IMG/VR virus record: IMGVR_UViG_3300027708_000023
Reading direction: 5' to 3' (one strand)
Origin: a virus
DNA: 64,000 nt
How positions within the stretch are numbered: the stretch's first letter is position 1; each line of letters begins with the position of its first letter. Below, piece by piece: positions 62,340-64,000 of this stretch. Position numbers and translations under genes: made by a program. The notes under the pieces were generated by a model. The model was given only the letters and a program-made list of their open reading frames with translations. It ran no database searches and was not told the origin of the DNA.

Positions 62340-63113
62340 ATGACAGCTAACTTTAATTTTTCTTCGGGCGTAGCTTGTCAAAGCGGGGTGATTATATCCT
62401 TTACAGGAATTAAAACCCTTAAACCCAATCAGGACTATCTTGTATATTTTAACCAAATAGATAGTATACCTTCTGGAGTAATATGGTTTTATCCAGATTA
62501 TTATTATATCAAGCCTATGGACGAGTATCAGCATGGAGTTTCTGTCTATACAGTAGCTAAAATTTATAGCAATTTTAATTTAGACAATTCTTCTAGAAGC
62601 ATTATAGAGCTATCTATTTTTGAAGCTAATAGTAGAACTAAATTTACTCTTCCTCCTTCTGCAGTTTATAGGGAAAGAGGACATATTAAGTGTGGTAATT
62701 TATGTGGTACCAGTGGTATTCCTGATTTTAGTACGGTTGCAGCCTATAGGGTTCCTAGTCAAACTCCAACAATGACTCAGACTAGAACTCCAACAAAAAC
62801 AATAACACCAACAATTAGTGTTACACCAACCATTACATCTACATCCACAGCAACCCCTACACCAACACCAACTCTTACAAATACACCCACCCTTACAAGA
62901 ACAACAACTCCAACTATTACGGAAACACCTACTTCTACACCCACGCCAACAACAACCTCTACATTAACTCCTACGCCCACGCTAACACTAACACCAACCC
63001 TATCTGAAACTCCTACGCTAACGCCAACACCAACACTGTCTGAAACGCCCACGTTAACTCCGACTCTAACACCAACACCCACACCATCGGAAACACCACC
63101 AAGTAGCATATAA
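62340..63113 (+). CDS. Virion-associated protein with a long Thr/Pro mucin-like tail
   Basis: About 110-aa (TPT)n C-terminus. Confidence 0.7.
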   Translation: MTANFNFSSGVACQSGVIISFTGIKTLKPNQDYLVYFNQIDSIPSGVIWFYPDYYYIKPMDEYQHGVSVYTVAKIYSNFNLDNSSRSIIELSIFEANSRTKFTLPPSAVYRERGHIKCGNLCGTSGIPDFSTVAAYRVPSQTPTMTQTRTPTKTITPTISVTPTITSTSTATPTPTPTLTNTPTLTRTTTPTITETPTSTPTPTTTSTLTPTPTLTLTPTLSETPTLTPTPTLSETPTLTPTLTPTPTPSETPPSSI

Positions 63114-63154
63114 ATCTAGGCTGGATCTAGAATAATAAGGAAAAAAGAATATAC

Positions 63155-64000
63155 ATGCTAAAGAAAACTATAGATCCAGCTATCGCATATAAAGGATTTA
63201 CTCTCACTTTTCCCAATATTCCAGTGAGCAGAGCCAAATCTTATCAAATAGATATTAATGATATCTCTGTTTTGCCCAAAAGAAGTATCGTTTCTATTAA
63301 TCCAAGACAATTCCAGATTAAGCCACAATCTAATAGTTTAGACATAAATACTTATGTTAGAATCAGAACAGCATACAATATAGATAATTCTTCTGATACA
63401 ATAGTTAAACTTGTACTAACAGATTTAAGCACTAATCAAGAAGTATATGTACAGCATTACCATGTAGTTGCTGGAGATTTGTGTTCGCCAAATGGCTATC
63501 CCAGAACAACGGCTATGCCAACACCTACTCCCACCCCCACTCCCAGCGTTACTCCTCCTACTGTTTATGGAATAACTAAAGAATCTTTTACTCTTACAGA
63601 TGGTGGTAGTGGATATAAGGTTGGAGATACGTTTAATGTTTATGATGATAATGGAGGATTTAATGGTCAGATAAGAGTTACTTCAGTAGACCAAAATGGT
63701 AAAATCACTAATTTTGAGGTTACCAAATCAGGAACTAATTTTACTTCTACTCCTAAAACAACTAATGGAAATATACAGAATCCTAATGCTAGAAATGCAC
63801 AGTTTAATGGTAATACAAATAATTTCAAGTCAGTAGGGGGAAATAGTGGCTCTGGTAGCGGTTCTGGTAGTGGCTCTGGTAGCGGTTCTGGTAGCGGTTC
63901 TGGTAGTGGCTCTGGTAGCGGTTCTGGTAGTGGCTCTGGTAGCGGTTCTGGTAGTGGCTCTGGTAGCGGTTCTGGTGGTGGAGGCAAGGGCGGTGGTCCC
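63155..64000 (+). CDS. Partial ORF (runs off the window): paralog of the 62340 N-domain, Thr/Pro linker, (SG)n tract
   Basis: Hand translation MLKKTIDPAIAYKGF...IDNSSDTIVKL...GDLC..PTPTPTP...GGSGYKVGD...SGSGSG. Confidence 0.7.
   Translation, partial: MLKKTIDPAIAYKGFTLTFPNIPVSRAKSYQIDINDISVLPKRSIVSINPRQFQIKPQSNSLDINTYVRIRTAYNIDNSSDTIVKLVLTDLSTNQEVYVQHYHVVAGDLCSPNGYPRTTAMPTPTPTPTPSVTPPTVYGITKESFTLTDGGSGYKVGDTFNVYDDNGGFNGQIRVTSVDQNGKITNFEVTKSGTNFTSTPKTTNGNIQNPNARNAQFNGNTNNFKSVGGNSGSGSGSGSGSGSGSGSGSGSGSGSGSGSGSGSGSGSGSGSGSGGGGKGGGP
63845..63976 (+). repeat. 12-bp tandem repeat AGYGGYTCTGGT x11 encoding (SG)22
   Basis: Direct reading. Confidence 0.95.

Noticed and set aside
1-64000. Stop-codon reassignment, tRNA genes, contractile sheath
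   Set aside because: Genes are intact under code 11 with TAA, TAG and TGA all used as stops; no cloverleaf seen in the short intergenic gaps; no sheath-like gene beside the tube.

Overview
This 64 kb window is the virion-morphogenesis arm of a large, AT-rich, tailed dsDNA phage. It looks siphovirus-like (tail tube present, no sheath gene seen) and uses the standard genetic code. Left to right it holds: (1) minus-strand mini-genes, each with its own sigma70 promoter and bracketed by a repeated composite palindromic element; (2) glmS; (3) a Cys-rich late cassette; (4) a phage sigma factor, gmd, HNH and ERCC4 nucleases; (5) terminase, portal, protease/scaffold, decoration and major capsid genes; (6) fibre/adhesin genes with Thr/Pro linkers, neck, tail tube and chaperones; (7) a 7860-aa tape measure protein (TMP) and further fibre-like genes. 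The main discovery is the TMP. It is a modular polyprotein punctuated by eight copies of a lambda gpH-type 'GG...DTVPAMLTPGEFV' module and many short (F/Y)AxGG junctions. Between the junctions sit recognisable cargo domains: PD-(D/E)xK nuclease-like, two paralogous ADP-ribosyltransferases, P-loop kinase plus HIGH-type nucleotidyltransferase, HAD phosphatase, HExxH metallopeptidase, glycine zippers, a His-rich tract and a 4x repeated domain. This suggests a tail-delivered, processed effector magazine. A GGTGTA late-promoter motif and a nested scaffold start are also visible. The host may be a planctomycete (inference only). All domain calls come from motif reading by eye; no database searches were run.
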